Of a stretch of DNA of 64,000 nucleotides, positions 1 through 14,456 are shown piece by piece (within the stretch, counting starts at the first letter, position 1; each line of letters opens with the position of its first letter). The position numbers and the translations under genes are program-made. The stretch is from Azolla caroliniana (taxonomy: Eukaryota; Plantae; Polypodiophyta), in contig JBHGNT010000011.1 of assembly GCA_043228905.1 (NCBI GenBank), forward strand, positions 868,001 to 932,000, in the 5' to 3' direction. The notes beneath the pieces were generated by a model. That model was given only the letters and a program-made list of their open reading frames with translations. It searched no databases and was not told where the DNA came from.

Positions 1-512
1 TGTTTCCATGTATTTTATTTGTTGCTTGAGGATGATTGTAAATCCAGCCTAAATCATAATCATTGAATAAACATCATTTATACATCAATATAGGAATATG
101 CTTGTTTTAAAATCAAGAGGACTTGGGCTTAAGTTGAGTATAGTGAAATGCATAACGATCCTTTGAGCTTGGTTAATCTACATAATGAGATATGAAGAGA
201 TATAGGATTTTATAAGTATTTTCCTGGCCTATGAGGCTGATAACAAATATTGCACATTGTGTGTGCTGCACACAGTCATGTGAATTTACATAAAAATGTT
301 ATAATTGATGTAGTTGCAATTGTAAACAAAGTTTATATCATCAGTTGACCACCTAGGCAATGATGCATCATCAGGAAGTGATATTTGCAAATTCATTTTT
401 AATCCAACAAAATTGACAAATATTTTCAAGACAAAAAACTGAATGTTTTCTCAGACGGAAAATATATTATCGTACTGATTTACTTGATATATTATTGATT
501 TATTTTATATAG

Positions 513-1429
513 TTCATGATGGAGATGAGAGAGACGGCTTTTATATTGGAAAATATAACACCTCGGTAAAATGTTTTTTGAGTTCAGAAGCTACCGAAAA
601 CCAAAGTATGATCAAGATTGTTTACAATTGATGACCTTTTGCAGAAGCTTGGTTTTGCTAGATGAGCTTGGAAGAGCCACATCATCGGTGGATGGTTTGG
701 CAATCGCCTGGAGCTGTTGTGAACACCTACTGTCTCTAAAAGCGTATGTAAGGATGTTTAATTAGCATCCTATCATCTGTATTTGAGAACACATTATAAC
801 TGATATGCTTTTGAAAAATGTTAATTTTAATACAGATACACTATATTTGCAACCCACATGCAGAGGCTAATAGAGCTTCCCAGTATTTACCCTAATGTAA
901 AAGTTTGTCATTTTCATGTTGACACAACACATAATCGGCTTGATTTCAAGGTAAAAAAAGGCACAAGGTAAAAAGGGCACAAGAGTTAAGGTAGGTTCCT
1001 GATCCTATTATCTAACCTCGAGAACTTGTAATTCCCAGTTTTCCTTGAAGGAAGGCCATGCAATTGTTCCTCATTATGGTCTACTGCTTTTGGAGGCTGC
1101 TGGATTCCCCTCTGAAGTTGTTGAACGTGCAAAGAAAATCGCCGAGAAATTGAATGAAAAGGTGGTCGTTTTTGCAAGTTAGGTTGTTATTATGGTTTTA
1201 ATAGAATACCTGTATTTGAAAAATTGAAATCAAGTTCTATTCTTTCTACCAGGAGGGTGTAAGGATGAACGATGGTTATTCTTCAAGCTTTCCTCTTAGA
1301 AAAGAATACCATGTTGCGCAGAGACTTTTATGCTTGAAATATGCAAATTTGAGTGAAGAAAGCCTTCGCAGCTACATTCAGAACCTCAAAGATGCTTATA
1401 CAGATGGAGAGCTGCCAGGGACAGCATGA
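513..1429 (+). CDS. MSH4: MutS homolog 4 (meiotic MSH4), last five exons only; 5' part lies before the window
   Basis: GT-AG exons 513-565, 645-743, 836-950, 1039-1161, 1253-1429 splice in frame to [35 protein letters not shown]...YTIFATHM...[13 protein letters not shown]...[31 protein letters not shown]...TGA. These are MutS ATPase motifs (DELGRxT, FATH) followed by an MSH4-type C-terminus. Confidence 0.9.
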
Positions 1430-1949
1430 ACAATCTTCTCCTTCTCCATTCATGCAACAGTAAAATAAAGGTATCATTTTCACCATCTACTGTATAGAGT
1501 TAGAAAAAGAAGAAACTATTTGCCAGCCTGCCCAAGGGCTCTCCAACTATTATCATGAATTTGTGATCTCCAGCCGGCTTCTATTTAAACCTTGTTTTTG
1601 TGAATAAAGGCAATAAAAAGCAACCATAGATCCTTACTGCAGACAGATAGAACAATAATGTTGAGATATTATGGAATCATGGTTTTCTTGCCTTGTTTGA
1701 TGTAGCAATCTAGGTTTTAGTTGTGATACATACCATCCATCTGTTCTATGGTAGGCTTTTTAGAGTGGTTCCTCCCATGGCCAAATGAAAAAAAAGGTAA
1801 GATAACATCCACATTTGCCCAAGTTGAACATTTCATTATCGAACCATATATTTGCATTACTTGCAACTTTGCGAAATGTGTTTGGCAAAGTCATACGAAG
1901 GCAAACAAAGGAAATATTTCCTCGTCATGTTGATCAATATGATGATGAA

Positions 1950-3130
1950 GAATTGGCAACACTTTCTCACAATTTGAAGCGATGGAGCATGTTGTGGTCT
2001 ACATAGAGGTAGTCTTGTTCTGTGACATACTTGGGGAAATGGAGAGTGTTATGTCAAATCTTCCTATAAGTAGGGTGGTTCCATAACCACCGATCAATTT
2101 GTCACTGTTACATCACCATTGATAAATAGGATCAAGGTGTTGCGGCATATGTAGTTTAAGTTAATGCAACATAGAATAGGGTGAATACGGAAACAAGCAT
2201 GTGGCTTCACCTTTATTAGAGGACAATTGGAAATGGACGAAAGAAGTATCAATTAATTCTAGCAAATATTAGTGGACATCAAAGATATAACTATGGAGTT
2301 GAATATGATTGGACTATACGAATGAGTACATTACCACAAGGTGCCACCAACTCCATGCCCCACATCATAAATGCAATAAAGAAGGCACTAAGGGGTGCAT
2401 GAAAAGAGAGAAAGATGAGGTCTTAGGGTAAGCTGGGTGTAGGTGCTTTGTGTCTAATTCACATTGCCAACTTCACCAAGGTGCTATAGTAGTTAGATGG
2501 TGCACGCTTAACATTCTCTAGTGAGCAATCAACATTTGGTAGTAAGGCCATGCGGCTGCAAACCTAGAAAAAGTTGACACCATTTGTAAAATGGAGAAGA
2601 GCAGCAGCCACATATACAGAGATGAGATTGTTCTTGGTGCATGTGTTCAATTCCGCATATACCCATATTGTTGAGCCATTGTATGGGTTACTCGAAGGAA
2701 TAAATTTTACATGAGGGCAAGGTCATGCTGAAGTGATATAAAAACTAAAAAAATGCTACTTGAACCATCAACTCTATGAAAAGCAAACTATGCATATGGG
2801 TTTTATGGGGCTTATGGGGCTCTCGTCTTTGTGATGGTAACTTCGAGGCTACGTGGAGGATTGAGAGGCGGTGCAACATATGGTAGTGCTTTGACCGCTT
2901 TCCATAAGCATATGCCTAGATGTAGAGTTGAGTCAAGCGTGAATCAGTAAATTTTCAAAGACAAGTACTTTTCATCTAGTGGCTAGGACATTGTCTCCTC
3001 ATGTTGAAGAAACGGAAAATCTGTTATGTCATCAATCAAGAGTGATTTGGTTCTGGTCGAAGTGTTTAGAGAGAGGCGAAGGAACTATGCTCAAGTGACG
3101 AGAGAGCTACGGGGTATGATATTGGGAGTC
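1950..3130 (+). mobile_element. Highly degenerate Ty3/gypsy RT-RNaseH relic, same lineage as the Trp-primed gypsies downstream
   Basis: Scattered peptides MSTLPQGATNSMPHIINAIKKAL (2322), ARLTFSSEQSTFG (~2502), AYTHIVEPLYGLL (~2656) and NYAQVTRELRG (~3083) match the RT/RH of elements A and G3. Many stops and frameshifts; boundaries approximate. Confidence 0.75.
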
Positions 3131-3989
3131 AGGATTGGAAAATGGAATACGAAGGGAAATGATGAACATACAAAAAATCTTGAATTTGATGACTAAAAAT
3201 GGATCTAGAAGCAAAGCATCCAAACCCACATTCCTTGAGGGAAGCTCTAAAGGCTCCATGCATACACGCCATCTAAACGAAATTGAAAGTCATCATCCTC
3301 GACCCTATCTTCCTTGGTTAGGACCTAAGTGTCTCACTCACATTTTACACATAGGCACAAATTTTTGTGCCAATGTGTCAAGGAGTCACCATAGAGCGAG
3401 TAGAGTAATGCGATTTATGTATGTGGGTGGAACCATTGACAAGATTTGAACCCAATATTTTATGTGCAAAGAAGTTTGGGTAAGCACAAAAACAATATTA
3501 TTTTAATACAATTACATAATATTTAAAAGCCTTACTGGCATTGTGTAATTAATTATATATCATACTAGAATCTTGTCCTCTTAAAATTTACATTTTTTTA
3601 TGTGCAATGTTGATTTATTTTAAATATTATTCTTCCAGCCAAAACTTAATGTTGGTTTAGCAGAACTTCACACTGTGTTGTAACTTGTAGGTATAACACA
3701 ACACTCATCCCATTGATCTCGTACATTCTCTAGTATGTGCTGACCTTGAAGTGAGATCACCTAATCCCATATCTTCCGAGCATCTTAGAAAATGGTGCCT
3801 CTTTGTGTAGAATAAAATCACCCCCATTAATTTGCATGTAGATATGTGGATCATATTGTAACAGATCAAATATTTTCATTTGTTGCTACTTGGGCTACTC
3901 TTTTAACATTAGGTTTGATACCCCTTTCATTGTTAAAGGTATTATGAGTCACGAGTCACGATGCATGCCACCATGTTTTACAAGAAGTC

Positions 3990-4960
3990 TCAATGACTAG
4001 TAGTGATTTAACTCACTTTCACCATCATTATCTCATTCTTATCTATTGTCCTCATCATCATTATCACCGTAATTTTCATCATGATATTTTTCCTTATATT
4101 TGTCATAAAAATCATCATTCATATCAAACCCACTTGCAATCTTACAAAATTTTCTTCCCATATCTCTTTCATAAATTGCATCTTTATTAAACCTACAACA
4201 TCATTATAAGCCATCCTCTATGCTTATCAAATGTTCACACTTGTATCAACCATACAATTACCATGATCATCATCAAGCCAAAAAAAACATATGGTCATTG
4301 TAGACCAATCCCATCTTATCATCATTACAATCTTCAAAATTAATGTCTAAATCAACGTCTTCGTTACCTTCATTATTATCATGATCAATCCAAACCCCAT
4401 CATTTTCAAATATACTCAGTTCATACTCCAAATCATCATGTTCCAATATACTTTCATCATACCATACACCAATCTTCCAACCATCATGTCCTTATAAAAC
4501 ACAACCATATCATTATCCACACCATCATATTATTGCACATTCTTCAACATTATCATGAAAAACCCTTTTCCCATATTTATCATAAAAAACCCACATGACT
4601 ATCACCTTTTGACTCACCCATATGCTTATAATCATCATCAACAAAACCTACCATCATCACAAAAACCCAAACTACCATTGTAAGTTAGGCACCCAAACCC
4701 ATAGTCATCATCCCCTTGATGCTCACCCTCATCCTTTATGATATTCATACTTCCCCTCAACATTATTGTAACCAAAATTGCAAGAACTACACAACCATTT
4801 TTTATCGTCACAATGCTCACCCTTATCATTACACCTATCATCACACTCACCATCATCGTACATCCCTTACCATAGCTAGAACTTAAAACCCAAGAAACCC
4901 TTATCAACATCAAAGTCATCGCCATCATTCACATTATAGTATTTCTTTTATCATTATCAT
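3990..4960. repeat. Low-complexity CAT/CAC-rich, G-poor tract
   Basis: Dense imperfect CAT/ATC/ACC triplets with strong strand asymmetry; no credible ORF. Confidence 0.45.
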
Positions 4961-7900
4961 CTTACTTTCTAAGATCATCATTAATATTATGAGAGTAAAA
5001 GTTGTTACCAATATCACCTACCACTTTATACGCCATCCTTTTGGACAACTTCTTCCCACCTCTTTGAATCTTTTGAAATGATTTTAACAAATTCATCACC
5101 TCTTTTTTTATCCTCAATTGCTCCATAAAGGTTTTCTTGAAGCATATTTTGAATCACTTGTTGCACAAACATTTGTGCCATTATTTGATCCCTCCCCCTT
5201 GATCATCTACTCCGTATCGTACATTGACATGAGGAGAGCATTCCTTTTGAACTCAAAGCCTCTATCTTGAACAACACTCCCCCATTTTGCCCTTCTACCA
5301 TTTGTTCATGTTGAGCTCACTAAACATATGGTTGCTACCCTATTATTATTTACATTGCTTTGGATATTGAGGTATAAGTTCAAATCTTGTCCTCTCAAAA
5401 ATTACATTCTACATGTACAACATTGATATAACTAGAATCTATCCTTGGTTTGAGGTGGTTCACAATGTGTGTCATGGGCAATATGACATTGAGCATACGA
5501 GGATATAAGGCACATAAGCCAAGTCATCAAAATGGAGATTGTTGCTCACCATGTTTGATATGTATGAGTACACCTAGATGCATTTGTTACATTCTTCATA
5601 ACATCATTTCATTGCATCAACCAATCCTAGATATAAAGTCATCTCGCTACCACTCTCATACATATTAGCAATACACTTCATGCTTGTAAATCATCTCAAA
5701 AATCATTCCACTAGATGAGTTATAAGCTTCGAGAATTCAATTTGATGCTTTAGGAAACCTAGAGCTTATATTTTTGTTTTAATATGGAACACATGAATTT
5801 GCCCATATTTGTATAGTCATTTGTTTCATAGGCTAAATTTGGCCTAAATCAGACGTTAATATATAATTGTTTCTTTCTTTTTCTCTCATTAGTTATGGAC
5901 AATGAATCTTCGAGGATGATAATAAAATCTCTCTCTCTCTATATATATATATAATAGACACGCACGCACGCATTTCTCTCACATAATGGCCACTCTCAAT
6001 TACAACATTTACTAGTAAATTCTTGAGCATCAAGAGTTCCAGCAATTAACTCTACGTGTTAAATGAAAATGTTCCAATTTGGTTGCATAATAGGGTCATA
6101 TTTGACCTTCAAGGACGATAATAAAATCTATCTGCATCTTTATAAATAAAATATCGAGAAGATCCCTCCTATATACGATGGCATCAATTTTATTTCAATC
6201 AACAATGAAATGTAGTGTAATTACGATAGTTGATGATAATATCATACCTTGTCTCTCTTCGCACATGAATCATAGGGTTACACGTGAAAGGAAATGGTAA
6301 ACATGTGCATAAACCATATTACCAAGGAGAGAACTTAGTCATAATTACAGTGGAGAATTTCCACAACTCATGTAGTCACACTTAGTCTTTTGAGAATTTA
6401 TATTATGATGCAAAAAGGAAAAATTATCATGTGGCCAAGTTGTCCGTGAGCTTGATTTATTTATCTCATAGTGGGTTCATTAAATTTTACTGCTATAATT
6501 TGCTAAAAATATTGTCTTTCATAATTAGATATAGAGGTAAGTTAAGTTGGTAAACATTGCTTGTCATGCAAAACGTGCTTTTCGCATGTATGTACTCACA
6601 AAGTAGAAATTAAGGTCCAGTTTAAATTTAACCTACAAATTGTGTATCATAGTAGGGCTAAGCCATCTTTGATGAGAGTTGTTAGTCGTCAATGCAAGGC
6701 AAATATGCTTCAAATATTTAATAATAACATATCCTCACAACATAAATTGGTAAAATTTATGAATAAATCTAGATTCTAGACCTTGTTGAAGTAATTCCCC
6801 TCGTACTTGGCTATGGAAATTCAAACCATGCGCTAAAGACAACTACCCCTAGGCTTTCTCCTTGGGAATCCCATTAATATCTTTAATGTCACTATTTTCC
6901 ACTGCTCATCTATTGATTCTTGAATAGGTTACCGTGTCCACCCAAAAAGAATTCATGCAAAGAAATGTTGTGAGCTCTTTGAAGATCCAAATTTACATAG
7001 GAAAAAGGACAGAGGTTAGTTGTGCCAAACAAAAGTCATAATAATGCAATGTTTGCTGGTTAATTGCATCATATTTTTAATAATGAGAGTATACAACAAT
7101 CTAGAATGTGGTGCCATAGTTGGAGTTTAAGGTATTTAATGGGGTAGGGTGTGTAATGTATGAGCGAGTATTACGAAAATGTCAAGTTTTCACTTTTCAG
7201 TTAACAAACAGTAAATAAATCTTTTGATTCTTTGCTTTGAGTTTTTGTTAGAAAATATTTAACCATATTATACGATCGTATGAAGTGTATGGAAAGGACC
7301 AAGTTTAGTGAAGCGAGTTGGAACTTTTGAAATATGTGAATGTGTCATATAGTGATGGGGACATTCTTCTCTCTTTGTTAGTGTACATGTTAAACTCGTC
7401 AGCATGTTTCTTCGTTTGTCGGTGTGAGGGATTCTCTTTTGTCCCCCCTCTTGCATTGAAATAAAGAGGCATCACCTGCTTCACAGTAGATTACATGATG
7501 GTGATGGATGGATCTACTATCGAAATGCGGCACGACTACAGATTGATCCCATTGTGATTAACACCATTTGCACACTCCTCATGACGTACATCTCTCTTTC
7601 TTAATCAAAATGTGGAATTCGAAACCAATGTAGCCACATTTGCCTATAAATGAAAAGAAAAAACAAAAGTTCCAAGTCTCAAAGCTATTCCAAAAGGTAA
7701 CTATGAGACTATACATATATATTATATAATTATGAATCTCATCCCATGTATTTGACTAGAACTAAAGTGCAAGAAACCATTTTATTTGTTGATCTTAAGC
7801 TCTCATGAGATCTTGAGATAGAGGTGGCATGAGCATGGTAGACTTACACGAACCATATACTATAAAAGCTCATGCTTGTCTATGTGTGTGAGAGAGAGAA

Positions 7901-8259
7901 GCGCCATGGAGAAGAAGACGTTGATTCGAAGAGGTTTCTAAAGATTGATCAAGCAATAAACTAGATTGAGATGGATGCGAGATCCAATGAGTCTGTAGAA
8001 TATGGAGAGCTGAATAGATGAAGGAATCATTGTGGACCACTTTAATGGATTGATGACATAACGAGAGATTTTGTACAAAAGCAATGTTTAAAAACCATAT
8101 AGCATGTGCTAGTTGAATGAACACCACATGCATGCACTCACGCACCAAATTTGTATAAAAAAGGTGTTCGAACCCATTGTACGTGTCGGGGGTCGAATGG
8201 ATCAACAAACTCGACAAACATGCCACTCAAAAAGACATTAGATGATCATGTATATGTGC

Positions 8260-8682
<423 letters not shown>

Positions 8683-8932
8683 ATATAGAAGACAGAATCT
8701 CTTCTTTTGGAAAGCTGCTGGAAAAGCTTCTCTGCACAGGCACACCGAGACAAAGAGAGAGAAGGCATGGTGTGATGTAATTGGCCACTGCCCATTTCGT
8801 GCTATTTCTTCATCATTATTTCGCTATTTCTGTACATCATCTGCCTTTGGCTACATTCAAAGATCTCTTTGCAGGAAATGGACCACAGGGAATACCATAC
8901 CTTCAGTCATAACGACAACTATATCAATTATT

Positions 8933-9154
8933 ATATATGAAGGCTACAATAAGCAATCTTTGTTCTCAGAGTGTGAAGCAAGTCTCAGAAAACTTTACCC
9001 TATTTTGTTGTTTAATTCTGCTCAATACAGCCATCTAGCCACCCACATATATATGAAGGCTACAATAAGCAATCTTTGTTCTCAGAGTGTAAAGCAAGAC
9101 GCAGAAAACTTTACCCTAATTTGTTCTTTAATTCTGCTCAATACAGCCATCCAG

Positions 9155-9200
<46 letters not shown>
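8933..9200. repeat. 116-bp tandem duplication followed by (CA)n upstream of the TPR gene
   Basis: ATATGAAGGCTACAATAAGCAATCTTTGTTCTCAGAGTG... occurs twice (AGGCTACAAT at 8941 and 9057). (CA)~20 follows at 9161-9200. Confidence 0.9.
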
Positions 9201-9203
<3 letters not shown>

Positions 9204-9328
9204 TATAAGCATGCAGAAAAGAAAGTAAGTAAAAAAGAACGAAAGAAAGAAGAAACCCACTGCCTTACATTCAACAAAGCTTCTATTGCTTCTTCTTCAT
9301 TTCCTTGTTTAAAGATTCAAGACGATCA

Positions 9329-11764
9329 ATGGGCCCTGGTTTGCATCATCGACCTCCAAGCCCGATCCGTGTCCAAAAGGTCAGAAAAATTCTCCAAAAA
9401 TTTGATGTTAACAATGATGGACACCTTAATAGAGAAGAAATGTCTGCCCTCGTAGTGGCTGTGAACCCTAAAGCTAGCTTCAATGAAGACCAAATCGATG
9501 CTATACTTGATGAAGTTTTCCGAACCTACGGAGACTATATCGAACCTGATCTGGGCCTTTGTTTTGATGGATTGCTTCAAACCTATGATGATGGAGCAGG
9601 AGATATTGATAGAGATTTCAATGCGCTGGGTTTAGAACTAGGTAATGAAGTGCAAATCTCTAGTAAAAGGCTCCCAGAAGAAGGAACAAAAATAAGAGTT
9701 AATAGCCCCAGTAAAAGTATTGCTACTAGAGCTCTTCATGGATCGTGGGCGAGCTCACCCCGAAATGGTGTTGTATATGATGGTACATGGAGTTTGATCA
9801 AAGAGGTAGAGGTGCTAATTAGGAATCTTGAAGTGAAAGAAGAAAAGAAAGCAAATGGTGGCCGGGGAGATCTCATTACTTCAGATGGTGACGATGATGT
9901 AGCCATGATGTCGCTTCGTGAGCGCATATGTGACTTCAGCATGATGTCATTTTGTGGGCCCTTATGCAGCCTGGGTGATGTCAGGATGATGCACCTTCGT
10001 AGAGTCCAGGGTCTACCTACCTCTGGGGTCAGAATGCCATGGAATGAGTCTGGACATGATTATGCACATTTTCAGAAACAACTGAATGAGCTTCGAAAGA
10101 AGGCAGACCTATCTTGCACACAAGATGAGGGTTTTGATGCTCACATGGCCATTGGAAGAACATTATTCGACCATAAACTATGCAAAGAAGCTTTACTGAG
10201 CTTCAAACGAGCTCGAGAATTGAAACCTACAGATGTGAGACCTCTCTTTCAAGAGGGAAATTGCTGTTATGCGCTGGGTAAAATGCCAGAAGCTATGGAA
10301 TCCTACTCTTCGGCTTTGAATCTGGGTGAGGTGGATGCTGCCCGGTGGAGCTCTCTTCTTCCTCAGATACATGTAAATTTAGGAATTGCTTTGGAAGCTG
10401 AAGGGATGTTATTGAGTGCATGTGAGCATTACAAGGAGGCAGTGATTAAGGAGCCTAAGCATTATCGGGCTCTAAAACTACTTGGAAGTGCTCTTTATGG
10501 TGTAGGTGAATATAGGGCAGCGAAAGAGGCCCTCGTTGATGCGATTTTCTTGCATTCGGATTATGCTGATGCTCACTGTGAGCTCGGATCAGTTTTGCAT
10601 GCTTTAGGAGAGCATGATGAAGCCATTTCTGAGTTTAAAAAGGCATTGGACTTGAAATCAGATCATGTTGAGGCTCTATATAACCTTGCGACATTGTTTA
10701 AAGACATTGGTCAATATCAAAAGGCATCTGAAGCATATGTTAAGGTGCTTAATTTGGATCCCACTAATTGGAGAGCTCAGATTAACAAGGCCGTATCTTT
10801 GCTTGGTGGAGGAGACATTATCGAAGCAAAAAGAGCATTCAAAGAAGCTTACAGGATGACAGGAAGATCTGAGGTATATGATGCAATGGTGCATCTCCGA
10901 AGAACCGGAAAAAGGCCGAAAAATGTCTCTAATTGTTTAAAACCCAGTGATGTGGATTCAGGAGAGAGATCAAGAGTTGGAAACAGCTTCATTGAAGTTG
11001 ATTCATCATGTTTTAAGCGAGGAAATGCGAGCACAACCTCTCGAGAAATGCTCACATGTGCCCTTGACATAAGGAATTTTCAAACGTGTACGAGGCTTAA
11101 TAGATGCAATATAGCCAACTTTAAGAGAGAGCTCAACCAATCTTTAATGCCAACATGCAACTCACGTGTGAGCATATCAGAGAAGCTCATTCGGAAGGAG
11201 GCATTAGAGAAGGTTATAAAGCGTTTGCTTCATTACTTGAAACCAGAAGCATTTCAAGCTGCAATGAAGGCCATTAATGAAAGGCTTTTCGCTGCTTTGG
11301 ATCCATCTGGATCAGGAAAAGTAGACTTCGGCATGACATTGGCCGTTCTCGCACTTGTTTGCAATGGCTCCTTAGATCAGAGAAAACACACCGCATTTGA
11401 TGCTTTAGTGTATCGCTCCTCTGGAAACATGGATGGGGAGATCTCAAAGGAAGATGCAAGGAAGTATATGAAAGTTTTGAAAGCATGTTTTAAATCTTCG
11501 GTGGAAGCACGCAATCAGGATAGTAGCAGTATTGAGGATGAAGATCGTCATATAAGCCTATCATTTCCTGAGTTTGTTGAATTGCTTGATGATCCTGATC
11601 GAGGATTTCGGGTCTTAAATGTTGTAGAAAAACTCGAAATGGAGGTTTATGGAAGGGTATCTTGCTCAGTTTGTGGTTATCCAATCTCCGGACCTCGCTT
11701 CAAGGAAACTAACTCTAATTTCATCCTATGCTCTTTGTGTTATAGTAGTGGAAAGGTGCCATAG
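9329..11764 (+). CDS. Calcium-binding EF-hand / TPR-repeat / ZZ-zinc-finger protein (At1g05150/At2g32450-like), intronless, C-terminal tail apparently truncated
   Basis: ATG at 9329, 811 codons. EF-hand FDVNNDGHLNREEM, TYDDGAGDIDRDF motif, multiple TPRs (QIHVNLGIALEAEG, HYRALKLLGSALYGVGEY, YADAHCELG, HVEALYNLA), second EF-hand-like DPSGSGKVD, and ZZ-like CSVCGYPISGPRFKE...LCSLCYSSGKVP. Confidence 0.9.
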   Translation: MGPGLHHRPPSPIRVQKVRKILQKFDVNNDGHLNREEMSALVVAVNPKASFNEDQIDAILDEVFRTYGDYIEPDLGLCFDGLLQTYDDGAGDIDRDFNALGLELGNEVQISSKRLPEEGTKIRVNSPSKSIATRALHGSWASSPRNGVVYDGTWSLIKEVEVLIRNLEVKEEKKANGGRGDLITSDGDDDVAMMSLRERICDFSMMSFCGPLCSLGDVRMMHLRRVQGLPTSGVRMPWNESGHDYAHFQKQLNELRKKADLSCTQDEGFDAHMAIGRTLFDHKLCKEALLSFKRARELKPTDVRPLFQEGNCCYALGKMPEAMESYSSALNLGEVDAARWSSLLPQIHVNLGIALEAEGMLLSACEHYKEAVIKEPKHYRALKLLGSALYGVGEYRAAKEALVDAIFLHSDYADAHCELGSVLHALGEHDEAISEFKKALDLKSDHVEALYNLATLFKDIGQYQKASEAYVKVLNLDPTNWRAQINKAVSLLGGGDIIEAKRAFKEAYRMTGRSEVYDAMVHLRRTGKRPKNVSNCLKPSDVDSGERSRVGNSFIEVDSSCFKRGNASTTSREMLTCALDIRNFQTCTRLNRCNIANFKRELNQSLMPTCNSRVSISEKLIRKEALEKVIKRLLHYLKPEAFQAAMKAINERLFAALDPSGSGKVDFGMTLAVLALVCNGSLDQRKHTAFDALVYRSSGNMDGEISKEDARKYMKVLKACFKSSVEARNQDSSSIEDEDRHISLSFPEFVELLDDPDRGFRVLNVVEKLEMEVYGRVSCSVCGYPISGPRFKETNSNFILCSLCYSSGKVP

Positions 11765-12403
11765 TCGATGTGAATTATGGAAAGCACTATTTCTTTAAAG
11801 AGGATGATGGTGCATTTGAAGTTGTGAGGGATAGGTTTAATGTCTCTTGTTTGGAATCATAAAATGTAAAATAAATTCATATATTCTTTTGGTTGGACTC
11901 ATTTTTTATAAAGAGTCTTTTGTTACCATCACAATTATCATCACAATCCTCGGTGGAAGAACGCAATCAGGATAGTAGCAGTATTGAGGATGAAGATCGT
12001 CATATAAGCCTATCATTTCCTGAGTTTGTTGAATTGCTTGAGGATCCCGATCAAGGATTTCGGGTCTTAAATGTTGTAGAAAAACTTGAAATGGAGGTTT
12101 ATGGAAGGGTATCTTGCTCAGTTTGTGGTTATCCAATCTCCGGACCTCGCTTCAAGGAAACTACCTCTAATTTCATCCTATGCTCTTTGTGTTATAGTAG
12201 TGGAAAGGTGCCATAGTCAAGTGCGAATTATGAAAAGCACTATTTCTTTAAAGAGGAAGATGGTGCATTTGAAGTTGTGAGGATAGGTTTAATGTATCTT
12301 GTTTGGAATCATAAAATGTAAAATAAATTCATATATTCTTTTGGTTGGACTCATTTTTTATAAAGAGTCTTTTGTTACCATCACAATTATCATCACAATC
12401 CTC
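11493..12403 (+). repeat. 452-bp tandem duplication of the TPR gene 3' end (last ~88 codons plus 3' UTR)
   Basis: TCGGTGGAAG at 11498 and 11950. AATCYTC microhomology at both ends. The ORF 11893-12216 is the duplicated copy. Confidence 0.95.
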
Positions 12404-14456
12404 TAAATTTGTTAAATTTGTTGGCAATTCAAACCATAATGAGTTCTTCTTAAGTGATCACCTCATGTTCTTTTGTACATTACAGGACTTCTGTTTGATC
12501 AATCACGTATGCCTAATCATGTGTTGGCAATTCAAGCTGTAATGAGTTCTCCTTAAGTGATTTGCTTTGCAAGCTTTTGTATGTTATAAGACTTCTCTTT
12601 AACCAATCATGCAGGCAATTGTTCAGTAAGTTATTCTAACTCCCTAGACTGCATTAAGGAGAATGGGTAGTTTGTACATTACCATTAGATTATGCGAATT
12701 TTTACCTCATCCTGAGCTTTCCCACCACAACTATATGGTAAGTAATAAACCAAAATTTATGGCCTTCCAAAAGTATTTCTAAAATCCTCCTCGGATAATC
12801 TGTTGTAACCTACAATAACTGAATAGGTTGGGAGTGATATCTGAATACATAGGAAAAGAGAGATATGTCATATATGCCTGAAGGATTGTAATAGCATGGG
12901 TTAACACACTAGGGTATCTGCTGTGTAATGAGTAATTGATGACTTCCAAAAATGTAGCTACCACATGGAAACTTATCTCTGTCAAAAACCAAGAAAAGGT
13001 ATAATGTTACTCGTTTTTGGGTCACTGCTCTCTACATGGCCAAGACTCTGGATAATAAGTGACGAAATGGCATTAAGCTAGAAGGAAAGCCAACCAATCT
13101 ACTCCTGAGACAGAAAGAAAGGACAATAAAACCTACAAGTACTTAATAAGCAAATAATAACAATATACAAGAAGGATATGAGATAAAATGAGACACTTTA
13201 TACGGATAAATGAAGTTGATACATTAGGCCCATTTAAAATTAGTGGATCATTTTTCTAATTAAATATGAACACCTATATTATCTCAAGCAGATTTGTTCC
13301 AACCTTTTCTACAGTGGCCTTTTCAGAATCTCATTCCTCTTCCTTGTAACTATTGTATAAACATCGTTTAACAAACAAATGATAATATAGTTACAGTATA
13401 AAGCTCAAGAAGAGTTTCTATTCATAGACATTAAGTGGGCATATAACTAATCTTTCAAGAGTTTACGAAAAAACCTTCCATTATTTAAAAGGGGAGAAGC
13501 GATGGCCACTCCCAGAGCAACAAAATGACAAACCATCTATGCACACATATATACTGAAAAAGATATATTTACACTTCAGGTCGAAATTGGTCAATGAGAT
13601 AAATCATCACTACAAATATGTTTGTAATGAAGGGATACGAAAGAAAGACAAATATATTAACATCTACTAGAGGCCAAAATCAGCCTCTGAGACATTATTT
13701 AGGTGAGTTCATGAGAAAGAAAGAACCTACAACTGTGCATCTCAGACAACATTAGCCATGGCCATCTACGTCCAGAATTCAGAGCACCAATCATGAACAA
13801 ATTTGAACTATTCAATATCCAAGAGTGTAAACAAATCATAAATCACATACATACTCCATTTCAATTCAATGTCTATAAGCTGACTAATCAAGTGCTAAAA
13901 CAACAGCATTACTACAAGTGTCTCTACACAAATGTTTCAAATGAACCACCCACAAGAACAAATTGTTGTACCATGTGATAAACAATGAACATTTAATAGA
14001 ACTTCAGATCACATAGCCATTATGAAGAACACAAATTAACTAAAGACTCTCATCTTCCACTTTACAAATCATTGAATTATCCTTGATAACTGCTTACAGA
14101 ATGCACAAAAATCTTTACAATGCACCAACTGAATGCCATCACCACTTCTGCATGCTAGGATAGAAAACTCTACACTCTGATCCTTATCAATTGAATAGAA
14201 CCAACTATTTTGAGGTAGATTTATTCCCACTATTGTTTACAGCCTTCGTCTTTTCCAATAAACATTCTTCTCGTTTTATTCCACTAATCATGCAGGTAGG
14301 TTCACATTGAACCATATCCAAGAGCATAAACCCAGAACTACCTGTAGCATTCAAGCAATCAATATATATATGTATATGTATATGTGCTGTGTGTTTCACC
14401 TCTTTGAGCTTTTTTGTACCTGCGCATTAATACATCTATAGACAAAGGTTTAACTT

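Noticed and set aside
9329-11764. TPR gene as a retrocopy because it lacks introns
   Set aside because: No poly(A) tail or TSD is visible, and as I recall plant orthologs are also single-exon.
11893-12216. Separate 107-aa ZZ-finger gene
   Set aside because: It is the tandem copy of the TPR gene 3' end; it begins at TTG in UTR-derived sequence.
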